Shown piece after piece: positions 17,162-26,330 of a stretch of 64,000 bases of DNA. Numbering within the stretch: position 1 is the first letter of the stretch; each line of letters begins with the position of its first letter. The DNA is from a virus, in IMG/VR virus record IMGVR_UViG_3300021335_000009, positions 20,170-84,169 of that record. One strand, written 5' to 3'. The translations under genes were made by a program, and so were the position numbers. The notes under the pieces were generated by a model. The model did not search any database and was not told the origin of the DNA. It saw only the letters and a list, made by a program, of their open reading frames with translations.

Positions 17162-18250
17162 TTATAAATTATCTTGAACCCTTTTAATTAAAAGGTCTAC
17201 AGAGTTGCTGTAAGAAAATTTTTGTTTTAGTTTTTCCCCTTCTGTGTTTAATTGTCCCTTTTTTGAGACTGCAATATCCATGCATTGCGCCACATTGTCA
17301 CTGTCCCAAGTGTAAATACTTCCTTGATTAAACTCAGACCCTTCTTGAAAAAACTTATTGTCGTAACAGGGCTGCTTTCCATTGGGCTCTACAAGGATAG
17401 AGTTTGTATTATCAGCCCAATCTTTATGAGCAGTAGCATTTAAAACAATAGACCATTTTCCAAGGCAGGTAGCATTAAAGCTTGGCAAGTTAAACCCTTC
17501 TGCTCCACTTAATCCAGTTAAATCAATATCAATTGCATTTAAAAAGTCATTAACTTCGGAATTCTTTTTTAAGTAAGGCAAAAAATTTATATTGCTGTAC
17601 CTTTTTCCTTCTAAGCAGTTTGAAAGTAAATTTTTATTTTCTTCCTTGTTAAAGAACGGATTCGTGACAAGAACACTCAATTGATATTTGTTGTTGTTTC
17701 CGTATTTTGAAAGCCACAGCTTAATTATCTTTTCTGTATGTTTTCTTTTTTCGAATTTGCCCATCAAACCAAAATGAACAACATCTGGATTTAAGTATCG
17801 CTTTTCTGTTTTGTAAAAACTTTTATCAAATCCACAAGGAATAACTCCAGCGTCTACGCCTTTTTCTTTAAATTTATCTGCGGCATAATGACTAGAAAAC
17901 CAGACTTTGTTTTGAAATTTTGCTAAATTTACTTCAGAATCAGTAGGTTCGTCGAGCTCGTAAAAGCTATACAAAAATTGTTTTGCGCCAATTCTTTTTT
18001 GAGATCCGTTTAAGTGCCACAATTTTAAACAAGGAATGTCTGGCTTTATTCTTTTGTTTATATTTGAAGATGCTGACTGTAGCCATTTTTTAAAATCTTC
18101 TTCAATTTCAAAAGCAGAAAAATCAACATTATTTGAAGTAGGGAACCATATTGTATTTATATCTTTACGATAAAGTTCTTGTAAAATATTAAAAGATACT
18201 TGACCAAAAGATAAGGCGTTTGCAGGGCAATCTAAAATAAGTTGATTCAT
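17162..18250 (-). CDS. Glycosyltransferase (GT4/GT-B)
   Basis: GKFEKRKH and SGAEGFNLPSFNA motifs. Confidence 0.75.
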   Translation of the reverse strand: MNQLILDCPANALSFGQVSFNILQELYRKDINTIWFPTSNNVDFSAFEIEEDFKKWLQSASSNINKRIKPDIPCLKLWHLNGSQKRIGAKQFLYSFYELDEPTDSEVNLAKFQNKVWFSSHYAADKFKEKGVDAGVIPCGFDKSFYKTEKRYLNPDVVHFGLMGKFEKRKHTEKIIKLWLSKYGNNNKYQLSVLVTNPFFNKEENKNLLSNCLEGKRYSNINFLPYLKKNSEVNDFLNAIDIDLTGLSGAEGFNLPSFNATCLGKWSIVLNATAHKDWADNTNSILVEPNGKQPCYDNKFFQEGSEFNQGSIYTWDSDNVAQCMDIAVSKKGQLNTEGEKLKQKFSYSNSVDLLIKRVQDNL

Positions 18251-18263
18251 TTTTTAAGGTATG

Positions 18264-18302
18264 AAAAATAAAAGCTTGGGCGAGATTAAAACCCGCCCAA
18301 GC
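18264..18302 (-). terminator. Intrinsic terminator after ssb
   Basis: GCTTGGGCG / CGCCCAAGC stem (18274-18302) followed on the minus strand by TTTTATTTTT. Confidence 0.75.
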
Positions 18303-18328
18303 AAAAAAAATAATTTAAAAATTAAAAC

Positions 18329-18706
18329 TTAAAATGGGACATCATCATCATAATTTTCACTTGAAGAATTTGATCCTTCCTTAGATGAATCTTGAGGATT
18401 TTCATTTCTGCCTCCAATAAACTGAACATTATCAGCTTTTACGTAAATCTTAGATTGAGACTTTCCATCCTTTTCCCAAATATCCTGAACAAGCCTTCCG
18501 TCTACAAGAACTTTTCTTCCTTTCTCTAAATATTTTTCGCAGATTTCTCCAAGCTTTCCCCACGCTTCAGCATCAATAAAAGATACCTTGTCTTTTAGGT
18601 AAGGGTCATTTACTGCCACTACCAAGCGAGTGACTTTTGAGTCTCCCGCAGTTCTTGTTTCAGGATCTCTTGCTAGATTTCCTACTAATACTGATTTGCT
18701 ATACAT
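18329..18706 (-). CDS. ssb: Single-stranded DNA-binding protein
   Basis: LVGNLARDPE, KGRKVLVDGRL, acidic DDDVPF tail. Confidence 0.95.
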   Translation of the reverse strand: MYSKSVLVGNLARDPETRTAGDSKVTRLVVAVNDPYLKDKVSFIDAEAWGKLGEICEKYLEKGRKVLVDGRLVQDIWEKDGKSQSKIYVKADNVQFIGGRNENPQDSSKEGSNSSSENYDDDVPF

Positions 18707-19319
18707 GTTTTTTTATTTCTGTTAGGTGTCTATTGTGAATATTAATACAAGCTTGAATACTTATATTTAACTTTTTAGCTATTTTTTTCCAAGGTGTCAA
18801 TTTTTTTTCATTTTGATACCTCATTTTAAAGATAGTTTCTAATCTTTTGTCTTTGTGGTTTTCTACAAAGGAAAAAATTTTATCTAAATTTTCTTCATCT
18901 TCTATCGATTTAATATTAAAATTATAAGACTCTAATGGTGCAAATTCTTGAAAAAAATCTCCCGATTCATTAGATTCTTTTTTTGATTTAAACAAAAGAT
19001 TTTCGTTTTCTTGATCTATTGAAAAGCTTTGAGTTTTAATGCTTTTGTTAAAAATATTAAGGCATTTCCATCGAGCTACGTTTCCAACATAAGTGCTGAA
19101 TTTTGTGTTTTTTCTTTCGTCGTATTTTATGATAGCATCGTAGATACAGAAGTCCTTGTCTTCAAGTATATCTTCTTTATTTACTCCTGCAAAGTGACTA
19201 GGGATATATCTATTTACCATTTCCACGTAAATCCCAGAATGCCTGCTCAATAACTCCTTAAAGCTTTCGGAGTCTTGATTTTTTTTAACTCTTTTTATCA
19301 GCAGTAAATCTTTTTCCAT
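18699..19319 (-). CDS. Phage sigma-70 family sigma factor
   Basis: Region 2 (YDAIIKYDERKNTKFSTYVGNVARW) and region 4 HTH (TPWKKIAKKLNISIQAC). Start MEKD at 19319 preferred over 19352. Confidence 0.8.
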   Translation of the reverse strand: MEKDLLLIKRVKKNQDSESFKELLSRHSGIYVEMVNRYIPSHFAGVNKEDILEDKDFCIYDAIIKYDERKNTKFSTYVGNVARWKCLNIFNKSIKTQSFSIDQENENLLFKSKKESNESGDFFQEFAPLESYNFNIKSIEDEENLDKIFSFVENHKDKRLETIFKMRYQNEKKLTPWKKIAKKLNISIQACINIHNRHLTEIKKHV

Positions 19320-19876
19320 ATTTTCCCGTGTGTTTGCTTTGCCATTTGCCATAAAATCTCAGCATGATCCCTGCAATTTTTTAATTCGCTTGATCTGTAA
19401 TTTGGCCAAGTATGCTTTAAATTAGAGACTTTACTAACCAAAGGGTCATTTTGTTTTTCTATTTCATTTGGGGCTAAATTTCCAATTTTTGAAATATGAA
19501 TTACTACTCCATTTTGTTTTTGAATAGCCTCTGCTTCAAAATCAAATCTAACGTCCGTTATTATTGGAAAAGTTTTTGAAGATTCTTGATGTATTTTTTT
19601 AAACAAAAGATCTAACCAAATGGATTTGCCATAGACCTTTTTCATTGTTTCTGCATGCAGCAAAACAAAGTCTCTTATTGTTTTTTTATCACTTTGGTCT
19701 TCCGTAAAAGCAGAAATTCCGTAATGAGATTTTAAAAAATCGTCTAAGTGTTTTTTTGGCTCAAAGGCAGAAGCAAAAGTTTTTACTTTAACGCCTAAAT
19801 CTTCAGAAATCACTTCGGATAAATTTTCGGCTAAAGTATTTTTGCCAGACCTAGCTAATCCAGATACGCCTATCAT
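19298..19876 (-). CDS. Deoxynucleoside monophosphate kinase
   Basis: IGVSGLARSGKNT P-loop and IITDVRFDFEA motif. Confidence 0.8.
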   Translation of the reverse strand: MIGVSGLARSGKNTLAENLSEVISEDLGVKVKTFASAFEPKKHLDDFLKSHYGISAFTEDQSDKKTIRDFVLLHAETMKKVYGKSIWLDLLFKKIHQESSKTFPIITDVRFDFEAEAIQKQNGVVIHISKIGNLAPNEIEKQNDPLVSKVSNLKHTWPNYRSSELKNCRDHAEILWQMAKQTHGKIWKKIYC

Positions 19877-20163
19877 TTTGTTATATTTTTTATAATTTCA
19901 GAGATTGTTTTTGATTGTTCGTACATTCCTAAATCGGCAAAGACTTTATCTATTTTAACCAAAGAATCTGAATCTTCAAATTTTTCTTTAACTTTTTTTA
20001 CTCTGATGCATGGAGAAACTTCAGCTTTTTTGTTTAAAAACTTAATCGAAGAGTCTAAAGCTAATTGGCAGGCTTGGTTTTTATCTTCGGCCAAAACAAC
20101 GGTAGACCAATTTGCGGAAGTGCAAAAGTAAAAATTTTGCTTAGAGGTTTCTAACTTAATCAT
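19873..20163 (-). CDS. Hypothetical protein
   Basis: Start moved to ATG 20163, which lies 7 nt after TTGACT-N16-TAAATT. Confidence 0.65.
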   Translation of the reverse strand: MIKLETSKQNFYFCTSANWSTVVLAEDKNQACQLALDSSIKFLNKKAEVSPCIRVKKVKEKFEDSDSLVKIDKVFADLGMYEQSKTISEIIKNITK

Positions 20164-20196
20164 TCTTATGAATTTAAACAAAACTTTGAAAAAGTC

Positions 20197-20365
20197 AAGT
20201 CAAAAATTTTTTGACTTATATATTTATATATATAATTAATATATAATTATTAAATATATTAATAATAATAAATATTTTATATATATAATTTATATTACTC
20301 TCTCTCTCGCTTCGCTCGTTCGTTCGTAATTAACTTAATTATACGCCGAATACACCAAAAGTCAA
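20197..20365. other. Candidate replication origin
   Basis: 21-bp palindrome at 20197-20217, 82-nt pure A/T run at 20216-20297, CTCTCTCTCTCGCTTCGCTCGTTCGTTCG tract, inward-facing TTGACT-N16-TATAAT. Lies at a divergence point. Confidence 0.5.
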
Positions 20366-20401
20366 GTAAAAAAAAATTTTTTTCAAATTTAGCAAAAATA
20401 A

Positions 20402-20429
20402 TTGACAATCAGGTTTGTTTGTGTAAGAT
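20402..20429 (+). promoter_or_regulatory. Sigma70-like promoter TTGACA-N16-TAAGAT overlapping GTGTAA, for leaderless nrdB
   Basis: The ATG at 20436 is 6 nt after the -10 element. Confidence 0.65.
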
Positions 20430-20435
20430 GGTTGT

Positions 20436-21404
20436 ATGCTATTTGAAGAACAAATTTCTAGAAAACCTAACTTGTATCCTTGGACAGAAGAATTTATTCA
20501 TGCCATGTGGAATGGCCACTGGACAGACCGAGAATTTTCTTTTAAATCGGACATTCAAGATTTCAAAGTCAAGCTTTCTAATCAAGAAAAAGAAATGGCT
20601 TCTAGGGCTTTGTCCGCTATCGGGCAAATAGAAGTTGCGGTAAAAACTTTTTGGGCAAAATTGGGCGACAATTTACCTCACCCTTCGATTCAAGACATGG
20701 GTTACGTCATGGCGAATATCGAATGTATTCATAATTCGGCCTACGAAAGACTGCTGAAAGAGTTAGATTTAAACGATCTTTTTGAAGAAAATTTGAAATT
20801 AGATTGGATAAAAGGAAGGGTTAAATATTTAAAAAAATACACTCACAAATTTCACGCAGACAACAAAAAACAATTTATTTATTCTTTGATTTTGTTTACT
20901 TTGTTTGTCGAGAATGTTTCTCTTTTTTCGCAGTTTTATGTTATCCTCTGGTTTGGTAGAAAAAATTTATTAAAAGACACTTGCCAGCAAGTTCTTTATA
21001 CCCTAAAAGAAGAAGATATTCACGCCAAAATAGGGATGAAGTTAATCAACGCGATTAGAGAAGAGTATCCTGACTTATTTGACGAAGGCCTCCAAAAAAG
21101 AATTCTCGAAGAGGCTAAAGAAGCTTACAAAGCAGAAGAAAAAATGGTAGATTGGATGGTAAATGGCAAAAAAGGAGATTACTTAAACGCCTCTTTGCTT
21201 AAAGAGTTTATCAAAAACAGAATAAACGATTCTTTAGCAGAAATTAAATATCCTAAAATATTTGACATCGACAAAAAAATCATAAAGAATACTCAATGGT
21301 TTGACGAAATGGCTTACGGAAACAACATGGTAGATTTTTTTAACCAAAGGCCTACAGAATACTCCAAAAAAAGCCAATCATTTGAAGAAGAAGATTTATT
21401 TTAA
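20436..21404 (+). CDS. nrdB: Ribonucleotide reductase class I beta subunit
   Basis: ECIHNSAY, VENVSLFSQF, EEDIH diiron motifs and DFFNQRPTEY tail. Confidence 0.93.
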   Translation: MLFEEQISRKPNLYPWTEEFIHAMWNGHWTDREFSFKSDIQDFKVKLSNQEKEMASRALSAIGQIEVAVKTFWAKLGDNLPHPSIQDMGYVMANIECIHNSAYERLLKELDLNDLFEENLKLDWIKGRVKYLKKYTHKFHADNKKQFIYSLILFTLFVENVSLFSQFYVILWFGRKNLLKDTCQQVLYTLKEEDIHAKIGMKLINAIREEYPDLFDEGLQKRILEEAKEAYKAEEKMVDWMVNGKKGDYLNASLLKEFIKNRINDSLAEIKYPKIFDIDKKIIKNTQWFDEMAYGNNMVDFFNQRPTEYSKKSQSFEEEDLF

Positions 21405-21410
21405 TAACAC

Positions 21411-23078
21411 ATGGAACAAGAAAAAAAAGATTTTTACTGGTTAAATGAAGAATCCAAGATTTTTTTAACAAAAAATGAAGGGTATTTAAAAAAAGGAGTT
21501 GATCCTATAGATAGGTTGCAAATTATTGCAGAAAATGCAGAGAAAATTTTAGGAGTTTCTGGTTTTGCTTCTAAATTCATGAGGTACTTGGCCAAGGGGT
21601 ATTATTCTTTGTCTACTCCAGTTTGGACTAATTTTGGGAACGATAGAGGTCTTCCTGTTAGTTGTTTTGGGTCTTACATTTCTGATGAATTAACCGAGAT
21701 TTTAGGTAAGGTTTCAGAAATTGGAATCATGACAAAATATGGTGGAGGCACATCTGGATACTTCGGAGACCTTCGCCCAAGAGGGTCAAAAATCAAAACT
21801 TCAGGAGGGGAATCTACAGGTGTTGTTCCTTTTTTGGAGTTATACGAAGTGGCTTCAGAAGTCATTACTCAAGGCAATGCAAGAAGAGGTTTTTTTGCTG
21901 CTTATTTAAACATTGATCATCCAGATATTGAAGAATTTTTAAAAATCAGAGAAGATGGAAATTCAATTCAAAACCTTGCTATTGGAGTCACTATTACAGA
22001 TGACTGGATGCAAGAAATGAAAAATGGAGATAAAGAAAAAAGAAAAATTTGGGGCAAAGTGATCAAAAAAAGATATGAGTCAGGATTTCCTTACATCTCT
22101 TTTATTGATAACATGAATAATAATGCTCCAAAAGCTTATAAAGACAAAAATTTAAAAATAAAAGCTTCAAATTTATGCAATGAAATTTCTCTTTTTTCCG
22201 ACAAAGATAATTCATTTGTTTGTGTTTTATCTTCCATTAATCTTTTGCATTGGGATGAGATTAAAAAAACGGACGCTGTTGAAACATTAACTTGGTTTTT
22301 AGAAGCTGTTAATGAAGAATTTGTCAAAAAATCTTCTACCGACAAAAACCTGAAATCAGCTTATAATTTTTCAAAAAATCACAGAGCTTTAGGTTTAGGA
22401 GTTTTAGGGTGGCACTCCTATCTTCAATCAAAAAATATTGCTTTTGAATCTATGCAAGCAAAGCTGCTTAACTCAGAAATATTTTCTGAATTAGACAAAA
22501 AAACTTTAAAAGCGTCTCAAGAAATGGCGCAAAAATATGGAGAGCCAGAACTTTTAAAAGGATACGGAGTTAGAAATGTTACCAGAATGGCTATAGCGCC
22601 AACAACATCATCTTCTTTTATTCTTGGGCAAGTTTCTCCTAGCATTGAACCGTTAAATTCAAACTATTTTGTTAAAAATTTAGCTAAAGGAAATTTTACA
22701 TACAAAAATCCATACTTAAAAGAAGTTTTAAAATCTTACGAAAAAGATAATCAAGAAGTTTGGAAATCTATATTAACTCGCGGAGGATCTGTTCAGCATT
22801 TAGACTTTTTATCAGAAAATGAAAAAAATGTTTTTAAAACTTTTGGAGAAATTTCCCAAAAAGAAATAATTATACAAGCATCTGCAAGACAAAAATACAT
22901 TGATCAAGGGCAATCTTTAAACATTATGATTCCCCCAAAAACTCCAGCAAAAGAAGTTAATCAATTGATGATTGAAGCATGGGAAATGGGAATAAAAGGT
23001 TTATACTACCAAAGAGGGGCAAACCCATCCCAAGAATTAAGTAGGAGCATTTTAGAATGTCAATCTTGCTCAGGTTAA
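21411..23078 (+). CDS. nrdA: Ribonucleotide reductase class I alpha subunit (no ATP cone)
   Basis: PVSCF, SNLCNEI, AIAPTTSSS, GLYY motifs and C-terminal CQSC. Confidence 0.95.
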   Translation: MEQEKKDFYWLNEESKIFLTKNEGYLKKGVDPIDRLQIIAENAEKILGVSGFASKFMRYLAKGYYSLSTPVWTNFGNDRGLPVSCFGSYISDELTEILGKVSEIGIMTKYGGGTSGYFGDLRPRGSKIKTSGGESTGVVPFLELYEVASEVITQGNARRGFFAAYLNIDHPDIEEFLKIREDGNSIQNLAIGVTITDDWMQEMKNGDKEKRKIWGKVIKKRYESGFPYISFIDNMNNNAPKAYKDKNLKIKASNLCNEISLFSDKDNSFVCVLSSINLLHWDEIKKTDAVETLTWFLEAVNEEFVKKSSTDKNLKSAYNFSKNHRALGLGVLGWHSYLQSKNIAFESMQAKLLNSEIFSELDKKTLKASQEMAQKYGEPELLKGYGVRNVTRMAIAPTTSSSFILGQVSPSIEPLNSNYFVKNLAKGNFTYKNPYLKEVLKSYEKDNQEVWKSILTRGGSVQHLDFLSENEKNVFKTFGEISQKEIIIQASARQKYIDQGQSLNIMIPPKTPAKEVNQLMIEAWEMGIKGLYYQRGANPSQELSRSILECQSCSG

Positions 23079-23086
23079 AATAAAAC

Positions 23087-23117
23087 AAGTCCCGATTTAA
23101 AAAGTCGGGATTTTTTT
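23087..23117 (+). terminator. Intrinsic terminator after nrdA
   Basis: GTCCCGATTT / AAGTCGGGAT stem followed by a T-run. Confidence 0.8.
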
Positions 23118-23140
23118 ATATATTAGTGTAATATTATATT

Positions 23141-23878
23141 ATGGGAAGTTTTCACCTACATGATATACAGAGAAAAACAGGAAAATTTATTAGAAAATTT
23201 GGCACGCATGACAATGTAAGTCAAAACACTACTAATGAGTCAATTTGGAGCTATGCAGATGTTGCGGGAGACTATGTTTTTCCTAATGATTTAGGGGAAA
23301 TAATGTATGTTTCTAGCAACAATTCCTTAGACACTATGCCTGTAAAGATCGAAGGGTTAGACGAAAATTTTCAAGAAAAAACTCAAACCATAAACCTTCA
23401 AGGAAATAACTTATTGCAGTTAAGTGGAAAATGGTCTCGTATAAATCGAGCTTATAATGATGACACTAACGATGTATCTGGAAATGTTTTTGTTTATACA
23501 TCTGGAGAGAATACAAATGGAACGCCAGATAACCCAAGCGATGTAAAAGCCATAATTGAAAATGGACACAATCAAACAATGCAGGCTATTTATACATGCC
23601 CCATTGATAGACAATTAAACATATCTTCTTATCATCTTTCTTGTGACGCAAAGACGGCAAATACAACAGCAAATTTAACAATAAAAATGATTGTAAGAAA
23701 AAAAAGCTCAGTTTTTAGAACACAAGAAATTATAGCTTTATCTAATCATTGTCCATCAATAGTTAAATTTGACATGCCTTTGGATATTGCAGGAGGAAGT
23801 GACGTAACATTTCAAATAGTTAGCTCTACTTCTAACAATATGCATGTACATTGTGTTTTTGAAGGAATGCTTTTGTAA
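23141..23878 (+). CDS. Hypothetical virion protein
   Basis: 245-aa beta-rich ORF behind GTGTAA (23126-23131). Confidence 0.6.
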   Translation: MGSFHLHDIQRKTGKFIRKFGTHDNVSQNTTNESIWSYADVAGDYVFPNDLGEIMYVSSNNSLDTMPVKIEGLDENFQEKTQTINLQGNNLLQLSGKWSRINRAYNDDTNDVSGNVFVYTSGENTNGTPDNPSDVKAIIENGHNQTMQAIYTCPIDRQLNISSYHLSCDAKTANTTANLTIKMIVRKKSSVFRTQEIIALSNHCPSIVKFDMPLDIAGGSDVTFQIVSSTSNNMHVHCVFEGMLL

Positions 23879-23925
23879 AAATTTATTTTTTTTGTGTTTT
23901 TCTCTTTTAAAAAGTGTAATTTTAT

Positions 23926-24402
23926 ATGCACAAATTAAAAAACATGGATAAAAATACAATAGTGTCATTAACTATAGGAGTTCTTTATTTGGCTGGGATT
24001 GCTGGCGGTTTTCTTGTTTACGACTCGATTACAGAAGTCAAAGAAATAAAAGAAGACTTGAACCCCAGAATGAATGTTGTTGAACATAGAGTTAAACAGT
24101 CAGAATTAAAAAACAAAGAATTAGAAAAAGAGCTCAAAGAAAAAATTAAAGAAAAAAACGAAACAGAGACAGAAATTATGCGGTCTCTGTATGAATTAGT
24201 AAGAAACCATGATTCTGATATTAAAATTATAGCCGCAAAAGTCTCAGAAAACAAAGAAGATATTCAAACACTAGCAGAAGAAGTGAAATACAGCGTAAAA
24301 GAAATCTCCAGCGATATAAAAAAACTTTTGCAAGACTCAACACAATCAATTGAAAAAATAAATTCTATAAAAAAAGAATTAGATGGCAAAAAAAATAAAT
24401 AA
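23926..24402 (+). CDS. Membrane-anchored coiled-coil protein
   Basis: One N-terminal TM helix (IVSLTIGVLYLAGIAGGFLVY) followed by coiled coil. A lysis role is possible but unsupported. Confidence 0.6.
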   Translation: MHKLKNMDKNTIVSLTIGVLYLAGIAGGFLVYDSITEVKEIKEDLNPRMNVVEHRVKQSELKNKELEKELKEKIKEKNETETEIMRSLYELVRNHDSDIKIIAAKVSENKEDIQTLAEEVKYSVKEISSDIKKLLQDSTQSIEKINSIKKELDGKKNK

Positions 24403-24412
24403 TTAAAATAAA

Positions 24413-24751
24413 ATGCCAGCAGACACATACAACATAACAATTGAAAAACGGGCTACTTTTTTTGTAACCTTGACAATAAAAAATTCTGATGGTAGCGCAT
24501 TTGATCTTACTAATTGTTCTTTAGCGTCTCAAATAAGAATAGATCAATCAAACGCTTTACAAGCAGATTTTACGACTGCTATTGTTGGAAACCCTACGGA
24601 CGGAGTAGCAAGCCTTTCTTTATCAAAAGAGCAATCGTCCTCGCTATCTACAGCTCAAAGTTCTTATGATTTGTTTTTAGATAAAGACGATGGAACTTCT
24701 GAAAAAATTTTAAAAGGGTCTGTGACTATTGAAGAAAATGAAACCCAATGA
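24413..24751 (+). CDS. Ig-like virion protein (BppU N-terminal-like)
   Basis: YNITIEKRATF...FDLTN...YDLFL...ILKGSVTI pattern common in phage tail proteins. Confidence 0.55.
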   Translation: MPADTYNITIEKRATFFVTLTIKNSDGSAFDLTNCSLASQIRIDQSNALQADFTTAIVGNPTDGVASLSLSKEQSSSLSTAQSSYDLFLDKDDGTSEKILKGSVTIEENETQ

Positions 24752-26265
24752 ATTTGTCAGTAACAGTTTCTGGAGAAAACCCAACTTCAGTTTCTCTTGT
24801 AGAAGAATTAAATAATAATATTTTCATATCAGGAAACGCTTCTTTTGAGGCAAAAAAAACTGATATAAAAAATATTTTGGTAATTGTAGGTGAAAAAGAC
24901 AATATTAATGTTCACTCTCAAAACACCATTTACGTTACTGGGGATGTAGTTAGACCTTCTGAAATAGCACCCATTCAAACCGCAATAAGCGATCTCGATT
25001 CAAGAGTCGCTTCCAACGATTCGGACATTGGAGCTCTACAAACTGCGACGGGCGATCTTGATTCAAGAGTCGCTTCCAACGATTCGGACATTGGAGCTCT
25101 ACAAACTGCGACGGGCGATCTCGATTCAAGGGTCGCCTCGAACGATTCGGACATTGGAGCTCTACAAACTGCGACGGGCGATCTCGATTCAAGGGTCGCC
25201 TCGAACGATTCGGACATTGGAGCTCTACAAACTGCGACGGGCGATCTCGATTCAAGAGTCGCTTCCAACGATTCGGACATTGGGGCTCTACAAACGGCTA
25301 CGGGCGATCTCGATTCAAGGGTTGCCTCGAACGATTCGGACATTGGGGCTCTACAAACGGCTACGGGCGATCTCGATTCAAGGGTTGCCTCGAACGATTC
25401 GGACATTGGAGCTCTACAAACTGCGACGGGCGATCTCGATTCAAGGGTTGCCTCGAACGATTCGGACATTGGGGCTCTACAAACGGCTACGGGCGATCTC
25501 GATTCAAGGGCTGCCTCGAACGATTCGGACATTGGAGCTCTACAAACTGCGACGGGCGATCTCGATTCAAGGGTCGCCTCGAACGATTCGGACATTGGAG
25601 CTCTACAAACGGCTACGGGCGATCTCGATTCAAGGGTCGCTTTGAACGATTCGGACATTGGGGCTCTACAAACGGCTACGGGCGATCTCGATTCAAGGGT
25701 CGCCTCGAACGATTCGGACATTGGAGCTCTACAAACGGCTACGGGCGATCTCGATTCAAGGGTTACCTCGAACGATTCGGACATTGGAGCTCTACAAACG
25801 GCGACGGGCGATCTCGATTCAAGAGTCGCTTCGAACGATTCGGACATTGGAGCTCTACAAACGGCGACGGGCGATCTCGATTCAAGAGTCGCTTCGAACG
25901 ATTCGGACATTGGAGCTCTACAAACGGCGACGGGCGATCTCGATTCAAGAGTCGCTTCGAATACAAGTGGTGTAAACACACTAACTGGAAATTTTTCCAA
26001 AACACAACTCAACCTAAAATACAAAGAATATCAACAAACTTATTTCAAAGATTTTATAGAAATTTCTGGAGATTTGTCAAAAATAGAAATTTATGAATCA
26101 TCTTCAAAAAACACAAAATTTTTCACTCAAAACTTTTTTTATAATTTTTCTGGAGATTTAACAGGAGTCTTAATAACCGATCATTTAGACAACAAAACAT
26201 TAACTAAAAATTACGTGTATAACATAAGCGGAGATTTAGTAAATATTTTAGAAAATTATTCATAA
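24748..26265 (+). CDS. Fibre protein with a long 21-aa coiled-coil repeat
   Basis: About 15.5 x DLDSRVASNDSDIGALQTATG (three heptads per unit). Confidence 0.75.
   Translation: MNLSVTVSGENPTSVSLVEELNNNIFISGNASFEAKKTDIKNILVIVGEKDNINVHSQNTIYVTGDVVRPSEIAPIQTAISDLDSRVASNDSDIGALQTATGDLDSRVASNDSDIGALQTATGDLDSRVASNDSDIGALQTATGDLDSRVASNDSDIGALQTATGDLDSRVASNDSDIGALQTATGDLDSRVASNDSDIGALQTATGDLDSRVASNDSDIGALQTATGDLDSRVASNDSDIGALQTATGDLDSRAASNDSDIGALQTATGDLDSRVASNDSDIGALQTATGDLDSRVALNDSDIGALQTATGDLDSRVASNDSDIGALQTATGDLDSRVTSNDSDIGALQTATGDLDSRVASNDSDIGALQTATGDLDSRVASNDSDIGALQTATGDLDSRVASNTSGVNTLTGNFSKTQLNLKYKEYQQTYFKDFIEISGDLSKIEIYESSSKNTKFFTQNFFYNFSGDLTGVLITDHLDNKTLTKNYVYNISGDLVNILENYS
24991..25961 (+). 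repeat. 63-bp tandem repeat, about 15.4 copies
   Basis: GATCTYGATTCAAG anchors every 63 bp from 24991 to 25936. Confidence 0.95.
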
Positions 26266-26330
26266 TGGCGTCAACCTGTACAAACTTTGTTTCGTTCTTC
26301 CTTACTGGTAGAGCAATGCGTATTCGATAA
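26265..26330 (+). CDS. 21-aa micro-ORF MASTCTNFVSFFLTGRAMRIR, translationally coupled at both ends
   Basis: TAATG stop/start overlaps at 26263-26267 and 26328-26332. Exactly fills the gap between two genes. Confidence 0.5.
   Translation: MASTCTNFVSFFLTGRAMRIR

Noticed and set aside
24950-26024. Long antisense and alternative-frame ORFs (349, 205, 105, 101, 80 aa)
   Set aside because: By-products of a stop-free 63-bp repeat. The + frame coiled coil has unique flanks and operon coupling.
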